NCBI GenBank assembly: GCA_030141605.1
Contig: JAQGDQ010000039.1
Span: forward strand, 434,001-498,000
From: Tubiluchus corallicola
Lineage: Eukaryota; Animalia; Priapulida
Reading direction: 5' to 3'
Length of the DNA stretch: 64,000 nt
Shown piece by piece: positions 26,101 through 37,141 of the stretch (position 1 is its first letter; each line of letters opens with the position of its first letter). The notes beneath the pieces are model-generated. The model had not been told where the DNA came from and did no database searches. It saw only the letters and a program-made list of their open reading frames with translations. A program made the translations under genes and the position numbers.

Positions 26101-29100
26101 CACATTTGTAGGTTGTATATAAACTCCCACACTTTCAGAGTCTGCCACGTTGGAATCATCGTGTGCGCAAACTCCGAGTATTAATGCACAACAAACAATA
26201 AAGCACCTTGGGTTAGTGTTGCTGCTATGTAACAGGTCCTTGACTTGTTTTCAGTACTTCAATGATTTTGCCAGGGCAGTGCTACGATCATGCGCAGTAA
26301 GAGAAAATACCAGAATTTCCATATACCAGAAAATACCAGAATACAGATAACTGTCTCAACCTTATGTCATATACTAACACTGTGAGGTAAAAAAATGAGA
26401 ATGCTTTTCAATATCATAATATCCTCGTAATTATTATACAGCTAGATCTGACCACTTTGCACAGCTACATTTGAAGCCGCTGACATAACCACGTGCCTTA
26501 AATAACTCACCTCACTTATTTCTGCCTTTGCTTGTTCCAGCTTCAGCTTGTCAGTCTTTCCAGCCAGCTGTAGCTTCCCCTCGGCTTCCCGTTTTCTCGT
26601 CAATGTTTGCTGCGCGTGCTCCCAAGCCTGGAACACCTTGACTCTCTGATGAAATACTTCCTACAGCAAAGCGAAATAAGAAAGAATTAAAACGTTGTAA
26701 GAAAAAACACATCTTCATAGAAGGAAAACTTATATTACACCTAGGGACGTTAAACGATACAAATTTGGCGATGTGATAATGATACAATACTTTTGTCCAA
26801 CGATACGATAAATTATTTTGAGCAATAAAAACTATACTGAAGTAGACAATTTAAGCAAAACAGAAAAAGTATCAATAATAATCAAAATTGCTAGTGCTTC
26901 AGTCCATTCAGTGCTGTTTAGCCGAGCTGCTCAGATAAGCTTCCCATGTCTTTATGTCTAATAAAGAGGCATGATATCTAATTATCATTATATTACAATT
27001 TTAAAATAATCCTGTTTATTCACTTTTTCGAGAAATTACTCTAAATAAATTAAAAAGCAAAGTGAAGCAATTGTATAAAGGTAAGCGATAAGCAACGATA
27101 CGTCCCAAATTCGATACGATAATCATAATCCTAGAATATTATTGATAAAATAACGATAAAAATGAATTTTTTGTATTGATACCTACAGTAATCGTTATTG
27201 TTAACATCCCTAATTACACCACCGTTGCCAAGCACTTTTTTTGTTACATGATTTCCACTTTACTTTCACCTTGCATTACACTGCACCACCTTACTTCATC
27301 CTACTATGCCTTGACCTACCCCTTACTGAAACATTGCTTCTGATCACGAAAAATGACTACCAATCCAAAAAAACCTCTGTGATATTAGTAAGTATTTCAT
27401 AATTTAGCATTGAATCCATGTATCCGCCATTATATTTATAATTATAATGCACGATTAAAACAAGGTTACTTATGTACAATTTCAGAAAAAACTCATAAAT
27501 GCATTGTTATACAAGTAACAAAAGCACAGCCATACCCTGACAGCACCAACGAGGCTGACGTAATCCTTTAGCAGCTCAGAAAACATGAAGAAGTCTGAAT
27601 TTGCTTGTTTGTCGTGAAGTTTCTCTACCTTCTCTTCCGTCTCGGCTAGTTGAGACAGGGCACGGGACAACGCGGTGTTCTCCTCAGCATTACCCAACAT
27701 GGCAGCACTCTTTGCAAAACTAGCTGTTTGATGGCTCAGCTCTGTAAATAAGTAAATAAAAATAAATATCAGAACTAGAAGAACGGGCCACAGTCGGCAG
27801 ACTGGAATGAAACCAGATCTGTAACATTTATTGCGGACCAGATCGGACAGCAAATTCATTATTGAAAATAAAGAGTTGCAGACCAGGTGTAGATAAAAAA
27901 TAAGTGTGAATCAGATAACTGATATCATCAATGTTAATTTGCAACTTTGATTAACAATGTGCGCATCTCCTGAAGTGCAGTTCGTGTTTAACAAATGGGT
28001 CCATTTTTTTGTCTTGTTGTGCTGATATTACCTGACATTCACAATTATTTTGTTTGTACCCATTTTCCTGATCAAGTACAGACTGCAAACAGTCCAAAAT
28101 TTTTATTGTTTTATCACACTTACTGCAACTGCATGTTTTTCAAAATGTAGGTTATCCGTGGTGAAAGATAATTCATTTCCATTGTTTTACCTTAATTTTC
28201 AATTAAAGTGCATCCTGCGAGTATGACTGCTAATGGGAAATATTGCGGATCGGGGATTTCAAATAGTTCACTGGCATGTGTTGTGGATAGCTTTTAACAG
28301 TAAACGCATGTTCAAGTGGACTGCAAATCTGCAGACCAATTTTATTTCAGGCCGAGAAATTAGCCGATCCACTCATCTCTGACCAGAAGGTTAAAACATA
28401 TAACAATTGAAGTCAACAGCTCATTTTATGCTATTAATGTGAAGAACTACTTCACACGACACATTCATGAAATATTCAATTGTAACTGGAACTGATAACC
28501 GAAATGAGTAGATGACATTAAGATTCCAAATCGTATACAGCATTCATATACACATATATGCAATTTGTGCATAGCTACTATAATGCACTGCTGTTGTAAA
28601 AAAAACAAAATTACCATGCTGTAGTAAACATATTTAGTAAGAAGACTTTTACCAGAAAAAGGCCACTTTTTACAGAAAAAAGGCTCAGAAAAAGTAAAAA
28701 GAAACAGTGAATATTAGTGAAAGCTGCAGTGGCTCAGTAGTCATGACATGTAGCTGGCAATCCAGAAATTTTGGGTTCAAATTTCACTTGTTTCAAACAG
28801 CCACTTATCAGTCTAGCATGACCTTCTGATTGCCTTGCTAGGCCTTCTCACTTTTTAATTTAATAACGGTCATCTACAGAGGAAGACAAGCAACCAAAGG
28901 GCTGTTCTCCTTATGTGAATAGACTTTGTAAATAGATGCTATAAATACATTCAAACTTTTCAGTTTTGCAGAAGTTGTGCACCACAATTGAAAACAACTT
29001 ACGTTTGCGATGATGAACCAATGTTTCAATACTGGAATGCAGCTTCCGCAATTGATTATCAAGATTCTCTAATTGCTGCTGCTTCTCTTCAAACCACTAA

Positions 29101-32100
29101 ATGAAAAGTTTCAGAAAAACAGAAATAAAATAAAAGCGAAACACTTGTAACATACCTAAACAAGTATAAAGTTTACGTTAGAGTAAAACCTAAATTTTAC
29201 ATTTTAATACTCCAGAAACTGTTTGTGTCTAAATTTATTCTTGCATGCATTATCACAGTTAAATTTGAAGTGCTTCTGAGACTAACTGACAGATTAACAC
29301 ACCAGCTCAAAAAATTGCTGGGATCCATCTTTTATTTTCTGACATTAGACTAATCAACTCACAAGTTGCAGCGTTTACATGCTTGTCAAAAAATGTTACT
29401 CCAACATACTTGTCATACTCCACCACACCCAAAGACATGGAGACATGTGGAACAACTCTAGTACAGTATAATTAGATCACAGACCAACACGAAATTCAAG
29501 AACTTAAATATTGCATAAATGTACCTCATCAGACTCGTCCATTTTATATGTCATTTTATTCATCGAGTCGCCCATCATGTTAAAGAGTCGTTTGACACCA
29601 GCGCTACTGAGAGCTGACGTGCTTGTCGCCTTAGGCAATTCGGTTTCTAATTCCACAAACTGCTTGAAGTCTGTATCCACGCGTAAAACAGGATGAGCTG
29701 CTGTACGATTTAAATACCTGCAGGAAGAAATAAAGTCAAGCCACTGAACTGGAAGTTCCAAAAATGCATGCAAGAGTAAAATAAAAAAGCTACATATCAA
29801 TGTGCACCCTACACGTCAATTCATAGGAGCCTAATTTATTCTAGCTGAATGACTTCAGTGACAATTTCAAGGTGCCTTTGCCTTAAGATCAAAAGGTATG
29901 CCATTGTTTGCGACCTATCCCAGGTATCTATTCTTCAAGTTCGTGACACCCAGTATTGTAGTTTTTGAGATATCTGAAGTCACAGCAAAAACATGGGACT
30001 GCATTTCTATGTTTTCATGCATAAAAAATAAACAAGACATCGCTAGTCATTTTAATTGCAGAATCCTAAATGCAATTACTCTTCCGAACTTTTTACCTAC
30101 CCTTCGTTGCCATGGTGGATGTCCTTTGGTCAAAATAATTAAAAAACACCAGCAAATACCAAAGCAAAACCATTTGAATATTTCAACATCAACTGCTCAT
30201 TTTGTTAGCGTGCAATTAATCTAACTGTTAACAGAAATCACCCACAAACCTCAAAAGTTTGAAGCAAAACATTATATAGAAGTTAAAGGCATTATTGCAT
30301 AGAAACTACAATTTTAAACAGTTAAAGCTGTTTTTCTACCACATCATTCCAGCTAAAGAATACGTGAATGTGGTACCTTTCCAATGCGGCCCTACGTCTT
30401 TCAACAAACTCATCTTGAGCAAGAGTTGCATCCTCCTCTTTGGACATTTTAACTTTTGTCATGCCTGTTAAGAATAAATACATAACATATGAAGCGCACT
30501 CTCATAACTCATTACAAATGAATAATACAAATCACAACTGATTAAGAATGAATAACACATGAAGCATTCTCTCAGAATTATTTGAGAATGACCAACACAT
30601 GATGCATTCCCTCACAGCTGCATAACAATGAACAACACATGACGCATTTTCCCAAAGTTGTTTAACAATGAGTAACACATGAAGCATTCTCGCATAGTTG
30701 TTTAAGAGCGAAGAACACACGAAGCATTCTCTCACAGCTGATTAAGAATAAAAATACATGAAGCATTCTCTCACAGCTGTTTAAGAATGAAAAATACATG
30801 AAGCATTCTCTCGCAGAATCCTGTTTAAGAATGAAAACACAGAAAACCTTTTCTCACAACTGCTTAAAAACAAACAAAATGTGAAACGATCTCACACAGC
30901 TGATTAAATCTGAAGATCAGTTCATCAATGTCAGTCAATCAAACTGCAACAATACTTCAAACTGCTACATGTAATAAATCCTACAATCAGTTCATATAAA
31001 TTAGCAGAAATGTTAATTAAATAAACAAAAGGACATGGCACAATTCTGACAAGAAACAATATTTACTCTGCTGCTTATTAAAGCAGACCTTTTAAGTAGA
31101 TTTAATGTAGACATTTTAAATAATTGTTCTTTAAAATGACAATATTACTTGAAAACACAAATGGTTCAATAATAACTATAACTAAAAACAAAGGGTAAGG
31201 GCCACAGTATATATTTAAACAAAATTCCTGATATTATAATTAGTCAGTTTCAATCAAAATAGAAGCAAGAAAGTGTTCTTATATAAGCTGCTAAAATCTA
31301 GTAAAGTTAGCTAGAATTGAACAAGCTGATCTCATCAGCAACGTATGCTTAGAAGTATAACTATTAGTTTTACAAGGTGGAAATGTAGTTAAAAACACGT
31401 ACCAATAACGCTTTTTTCTGGTGCCGGTGGTACAATACGACCTAGCCTCATGTACTTGTATGCCAACTTTTCGTGTAAGCCCAGGAAATCACTAAATCGT
31501 CGGCTCACGCTTAGGTTCTTCTTTTTGTATTCCGGAATGTTGGTCTGAAATGAAGCATCAAATAATCAAACAAACTTTTTAGAAATAGAAATATTATTAA
31601 ACACATTTAGCAAATCGATGAACTCACATCTGAAGCTGATTCATGAATCTTGCTCTGCAATAGCAATATAACAGCATCTCAAAAAATTCCTCACCACTTT
31701 ACAAAAGACAAAACCACTATACAAGTCATTCCTTTTACTAAGATAGTATAATAACCTATTAAATCAACACCAGTATAATAGCTACTAGCCGAAAAGCGCT
31801 TTCTGTTAAACATGTCGTTCAAGTTGAAAGCTTGCAAAAGTATGGTATAGAACCAAATTTGTTCCATGAATACTTTTTTATATCATATTTTTCATGAAAG
31901 CTGTGAATGATTTCATTATATACCTTTGTTGATACTTTGTAAACCATGTAAGCACCCATACCATCACCGACTTTACTTGGATTGGACACGGAGATCTCCA
32001 TAAACAAATCATCGGAGCCCTCCTTCTCTTCCTAAAATAAAAACAAATCAGTTAAAAAGAAATGAAAGCAAATTAAACATTAACATTTATTACTGAAAAA

Positions 32101-34920
32101 TTAATTTATAGGTGTAAGGTCACAGTTGCTACAAAAACGGAAAAAGCTCCACTGCTATCACACTGCATAAAATGGTAATGCCATACAGTTCTTGACAAAA
32201 TATAGGTGCGCTGACTCTTGATATGAATAGAGACCAGAGCCGCGCCGTTTCAGCTGAGCTCCAGTCAGTTTATTTCTACAGTCGACCTAGCCGATAAGAA
32301 ACACAGCTTTATTCGTGCCAGCCGCTCATTGAAGGAGTCGAGCTAGCCGACATTTTTGTTGGCTGCGAAAATTTTCGCTCTTGCGATCAAGCCACTGGCA
32401 TAGCACTGTCTAGTTTTTTGCTGGATTACTGCTGTGTTTACCTGTCTTGAGATTTCTTTTATTTTAGAATTCTGCCTGCCCAATATCTACAATTGATGTA
32501 ATGGGCTTATGATGATGAAGAAATTACTAATTGAAATATGGCAACGCATTGCGGATTCGGAGTCAGATTGTGCGTGTGCTGACAGAGATACTAAACTTTA
32601 GAAATTTTTGAACGAGAAAGCAATCAATTCAAAATTAAAATACACAAGTAGGCAACTAGCTACACATTATAAAGTTTTACCTCTGGCGTTGACATCACGA
32701 CTGCTCTAGATGCAGCTACTGGAACGGCAGTTGGTTTATCTCCCTTTTCGTCTAAAGGTTCGGGTTCAATACTAGCGGCAGATTCAGCACCATTGACTTT
32801 TGGCGCCTCATCTTCCAGACTATTCAGATCCACTTCTTCACCTAATTAGTAATAAGTTTGTTATTAGAAGAGAAGATTCTAGCATGTTCAGCCTGCAAGA
32901 ATGCTAATTAATAAAATAACCACCATATTTTACAATTTAAAGTAAACATGGTGCAACAGAGACTACTAGCACTGTACTAACGGGACACTTGTTGCATTTT
33001 GATAATCAAATAATTTGATATGAATCTGATTTGATAATTGATTTACATGCCGTTTTCCTCTATTTTACAAAAAAACAGGCATACATGAAAACATGTTTGT
33101 GCTTGCGAGAAATCTGCATCCAAGCAGCGATGCCAGCACCCTAAGTTGCTGTACAAAGATAGTGCCACATTACTTGATTTTACCCCAACAACAGCTATAT
33201 TGTGAATTTTGTGGAGTTTTCAAAAAATAAGTTGAAAAAAGGTAACACAAGGGATATGCATCGCAGCAGAAAAAAAAATTGATGATTGCAAAAAAATGCC
33301 AAAATTGATTAACCGGTCCACCATTATAACAATGAGCAGCATTTTTCAAAAACACATTAATTTTCTTTGCAATTCAGCATTCTTGTAAGAGTAGGCTGTC
33401 GCATAATCACTACAAAACAATTCATATACGTAAGATTTTGAAACTGCACATGAAAATTCATTTTGCCTTTGAATCTTGTACATTTAAAATGTACATGAAT
33501 GGTTAAGGCAACAGTAAACCTTCATCAATAATTGTAATAAATATCCAAAATTCAAGATACTAGCCTCCAAAAAACTCATCAGGATCTAACTTTGCTGGTT
33601 GGCTTGGCTTAGCCGTTTCTTGCTCAGACGGTTCCTCGTGAACATCAATCGGTTTTTCTGGTGCACTTGCTTCCTCAACAGGTGTACTTTCCACTAAAGG
33701 AGGAACTGCATCATCCTATGCATATGAATAAAATGATCAATATCACACAAAGGTAATATAGTACTACTAAATACATTTACAATCCATTTGTGTCATTACA
33801 AATCTCCAAGGTCACAAACACAAGAAACACAAGTTCTCTTCCTTGTACGGCAGAGCCGAATTTTTCTGGTCATCCCATCACAAAATGCCACGCAATTTTC
33901 GCCAGGTGCTACGCCATTTTAATTTTACATTACAGTCACTGCTAATCAGTTTTTTGCAGAATTATTTGCTTATCAGAGTTTAATTTTACATGCTCAGTGT
34001 AAAGTTATCCGTTTTATTGTTTTGAGTTTATTTGTGCATAAAGTACGTCACTGGTAGTAGATTAGTAATTCAGTTGCCACATAATCTTGAACAAACTGTA
34101 CCTGATATGCCAAAACTACATAATGTATAGAGCACTGCTTACTTGCCTGCTGACATCGTGAAAAAATCACTAACTTGCTATTGTTAGTAATCCTATAAAC
34201 AGCATTTTATCTATACATATGAAAGAAAATGTTGGAAAATGCAGCTGATGACATAGTTGAAGAAAGCAAAGAAATGTACGAGTTAGCAAAAGTTGTCTAA
34301 ATCAGTTGCAATAGTGAAAAGTTCGGCTAAATATTTTAGGTAACACAGACTGATTTTGCATTTAAAAATTATTTTTGCTTAATACAAGTTAGTGAAATGG
34401 TTAGTTAGCTTTATTTTTTTAGCTATCAGAAAAGCTACCATTCCAGGTTTGAAGCTAGAGCAGCAAAATAATTGTCAAGAAAAAGGTACGGCCAAAAAGT
34501 CTATAGGCCCACAGGAACTGTAGATCTGCAGCTCCACAAGAGTCAACTGCGGAATTGGTCCACAATTCAACAGATCCATGGTTCAAGCATCTCTAGTAAG
34601 TATTTCGCTTAGCCTTTTCACCATGGTGGAACTGTTAAAGCTGCATTATGGGGTCCAATCCACTTTTGTCGTGGACGCCACACAAAAAGTGCAACCCACT
34701 TTTATCAACACATGCTGTGAACTGAAGCATCACACAGCGAATGTAAATCAGACCAGCGAGCTACTTTTAGATGTTTAGTAGTACTTACTTCATCATTGTT
34801 CGGCGAATTTTCTTCTAGTTTATTTGCCGCAGAAGCAAATAAGTCATCGTCATCTTCACTTTTTTCAATGCTTTCGTTTTCCGGCATTAATGGGGGCGGA
34901 TCTCTCGAGTCGGACTCCAT
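23109..34920 (-). CDS. SNX2: Sorting nexin 1/2 (PX-BAR retromer-associated SNX), 12 coding exons
   Basis: Exons 34920-34789, 33715-33565 (GC donor), 32841-32681, 32031-31924, 31544-31403, 30464-30377, 29717-29525, 29096-29003, 27741-27536, 26660-26511, 24667-24515, 23159-23109. PX motifs [34 protein letters not shown]; BAR motifs [20 protein letters not shown]; C-terminus [13 protein letters not shown]. Likely the single invertebrate SNX1/SNX2 co-ortholog. Confidence 0.95.
25033..25114. repeat. 35-bp tandem repeat (2.3 copies)
   Basis: CAGCAGAGACATCTGAGGCAGAAGAATAACATCTT x2 plus a partial copy. Confidence 0.9.
25540..25732 (-). mobile_element. SINE-like interspersed repeat, copy B
   Basis: TTATCGAGGATATCTCTCTAAGTTGAGCCACTGAACCAACAGAGGTGT matches the core of 1335-1610. 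Confidence 0.55.
25815..26364. mobile_element. hAT-like MITE
   Basis: TIRs TAAGGTTGAGACGGTTA / TAACTGTCTCAACCTTA (16/17); AACCGTT/CGGTTA subterminal repeats; degenerate 8-bp flanks TATTACAT/TGTCATAT. Confidence 0.7.
26742..27212. mobile_element. hAT MITE with perfect 8-bp TSD
   Basis: ATTACACC|TAGGGACGTTAA ... TTAACATCCCTA|ATTACACC; multiple ACGATA subterminal motifs. Confidence 0.9.
28722..28797 (+). mobile_element. tRNA-derived SINE head
   Basis: A-box GTGGCTCAGTAG and B-box GGTTCAAAT at tRNA spacing; cloverleaf is decayed. Confidence 0.5.
30468..30907. repeat. Minisatellite, ~39-bp unit, ~11 diverged copies
   Basis: Unit approximately AACACATGAAGCATTCTCTCACAGCTGTTTAAGAATGAA, abutting the acceptor of SNX exon 6. 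Confidence 0.9.
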
Positions 34921-35109
34921 TTTGCATTAAAAAATTTCCGCTTTTCTGAAATGCAGTTGAACGGCCAACATTTACAAAAAAGTACTAAATGGTTGGTAAA
35001 CGCATTACCCTGCCCGATTTTGATCTAGCAAAGCGCTAGTGAGCAAAGGAACTGCTACAAAATTTAATTTTACCAGCACAACTACCTAAAGAAAATATCA
35101 CGTACTCAC

Positions 35110-35180
35110 TGCACACACTTTTGTGCTGTCGTCATCTAGTGGCCGATATTACAAATTCTTAGAACGGTAACACCATAGAG
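35110..35180 (-). promoter_or_regulatory. Putative SNX non-coding first exon and core promoter
   Basis: Donor GCA|GTGAGT at 35109 and acceptor TTTCAG at 34946 define a 164-nt 5'UTR intron; CCACTAGATGAC at 35131-35142 (minus); CCATAGAG at 35173-35180. Confidence 0.55.
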
Positions 35181-35523
35181 ATCTGATTGAAGTATCACTT
35201 ATTTATTCTTTGAGATATTTTTTATATATACAATCGAATCAGGACCTAGATTTCAACTCATGTGATGGTCCCATCTCGTATTCATTCTAAATTTATTGAT
35301 GGATACTGCATTTACAGTATCAACTAAGAGTGAGTTCCACGGGTAAGTCACTTGAGAGGCAAAAAAGTTTCTAAACTCAAGAGAACACTGTTACTGTAAA
35401 ATGTGCATTTTATTTTGCAAATCTCCATTATATTAGCTGGAGGGTATGATTGAAAAGAGTAAAGTCTACAGAGATAAACATTGTGAGAAAGCACAGAAAA
35501 TGAAAGAGAGCTAGAGAGAGAGA

Positions 35524-35526
<3 letters not shown>

Positions 35527-35600
<74 letters not shown>
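35527..35600. repeat. (GA)n microsatellite
   Basis: About 37 uninterrupted GA units in the SNX-UBE2Q intergenic region. Confidence 0.95.
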
Positions 35601-35604
<4 letters not shown>

Positions 35605-35944
35605 TGGAGAAATCTTAACTAATTAGCTAAAGTGAGAAGAGAATATATAAAAGGTGAGAAGTAAAAAAATAATGATGCTATTGCTTGCCGAATAATGACG
35701 AATTAACTACTGCTAAACATTTAAAAATAACTCTTTAGTCTCATTTACATTCATTGCATTATTCTTTGCAGTGTAAGACAATCGCTGAGCAATCCAATGT
35801 GTTGACAAAAGTGGACCCCATACAACTTCATTTTTAACAGTCTCCAGCTTGGTGCAAGAACTAAGCAGTAAGTACGAATACTGTGAATGCCAGTCAAATA
35901 AATGCACAAAAACCATGTTAAATTAGAAAATTTGAAAAAATTTG

Positions 35945-35992
35945 CACAGCCACTGGGGCTTGAACACAAGACCTTCTGCTTTTCGGGCCTAG
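35945..35992 (-). mobile_element. tRNA-derived SINE head fragment
   Basis: Minus strand GCAGAAGGTCTTGTGTTCAAGCCCCAGTGG resembles a tRNA variable loop plus B-box. Confidence 0.35.
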
Positions 35993-37141
35993 AAATTTAC
36001 TCTGTAATCTTTTATCAAAAGAGAACTTAGTGTATAATGTACATGCATGGTAATTGAGGAATCAAAATCTAATCAAAAGCAAAAATAAAGTATAAAACTT
36101 AATGAGAATCCAATGTGGTCTAAGGCATGTGCCTTGTAAAAATAGGGTCCCTGCAGGGTCCATATATCCAGGCTGTTACCCAAATTCATCACATTTCCTG
36201 TTTTTCAAGTTTGGTATATAATTAAAATTGCAGGATTGTTCTATTGTTTAATGACAACATCTCAATAAACATTTATGAAATTAGCATATCCCTTAGGCTT
36301 AGAGAGTAAACCTTACTCGAATTCCTAAAAGCTTCGTCGGCATGTATCTGTTTGTTCACAATTATATATGGGTCCATCTACAATCCTACAGGATGTGGCC
36401 ATGTTTCCTATTATACACTATAGTTTATGGGCATTTTATGACATGAAAAGGGGCTCTTAACTACATGATAATTAATTAAGGTTTGGCTCATCTAATGAAA
36501 TTGGTTAAAACGCTCTCCACTAGATCATACCTACTGGATATACATACCATTGTCTATCTCGCCGCTAAAATTATTAAGGTAAACTCCTTTTTCAGTCTCT
36601 TAAGGTCCACATTTAATAAATTATTATCTGTAAGACCATCAATTGCTTGGGCAATTTATTCTTAAAATGCAAACCATAAGGTGCAATCTTAATCCCCAAA
36701 CACTTGTGTGAAATAAATGACAAAGTGTTGTGATTTACATCATATTTTTGAAGACTTTTTTCAAGGTTCAAGACTGTTTATTAATAAATGTTATGTTACA
36801 AAATTTCGAGCTGAATAAGAGAGCATCTGATTTGCTTTTATAGTAACATTTTACTTAATAGTGGGCTAAAAATATATCTATGGTAAACTAATGTAATATA
36901 TTGTTAATTCTGCTTCCGTCTCATGTGTAGCAAAACTGGTGAATCCCGTTCTCAAGAACGTTTGCACATTTTGCGTTATACCTATTGGTTGCAGAGATTA
37001 TCCTGTGCTTTTGTTGCCGTGATAAAAACTACCTAAAAGTATTTTAAAATAATTTACAAATATGGCTTTCTGTTTACCCAGTACCGTAACTTAAGAACTG
37101 TAGTTCCAGAAATTAAATTAAATGTATTTTAGCAGTGTGCA

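Noticed and set aside
30468-30907. Regularly spaced repeats resembling a CRISPR array
   Set aside because: Units are contiguous diverged copies with no unique spacers, no cas genes, and lie in a eukaryotic intron; it is a minisatellite.
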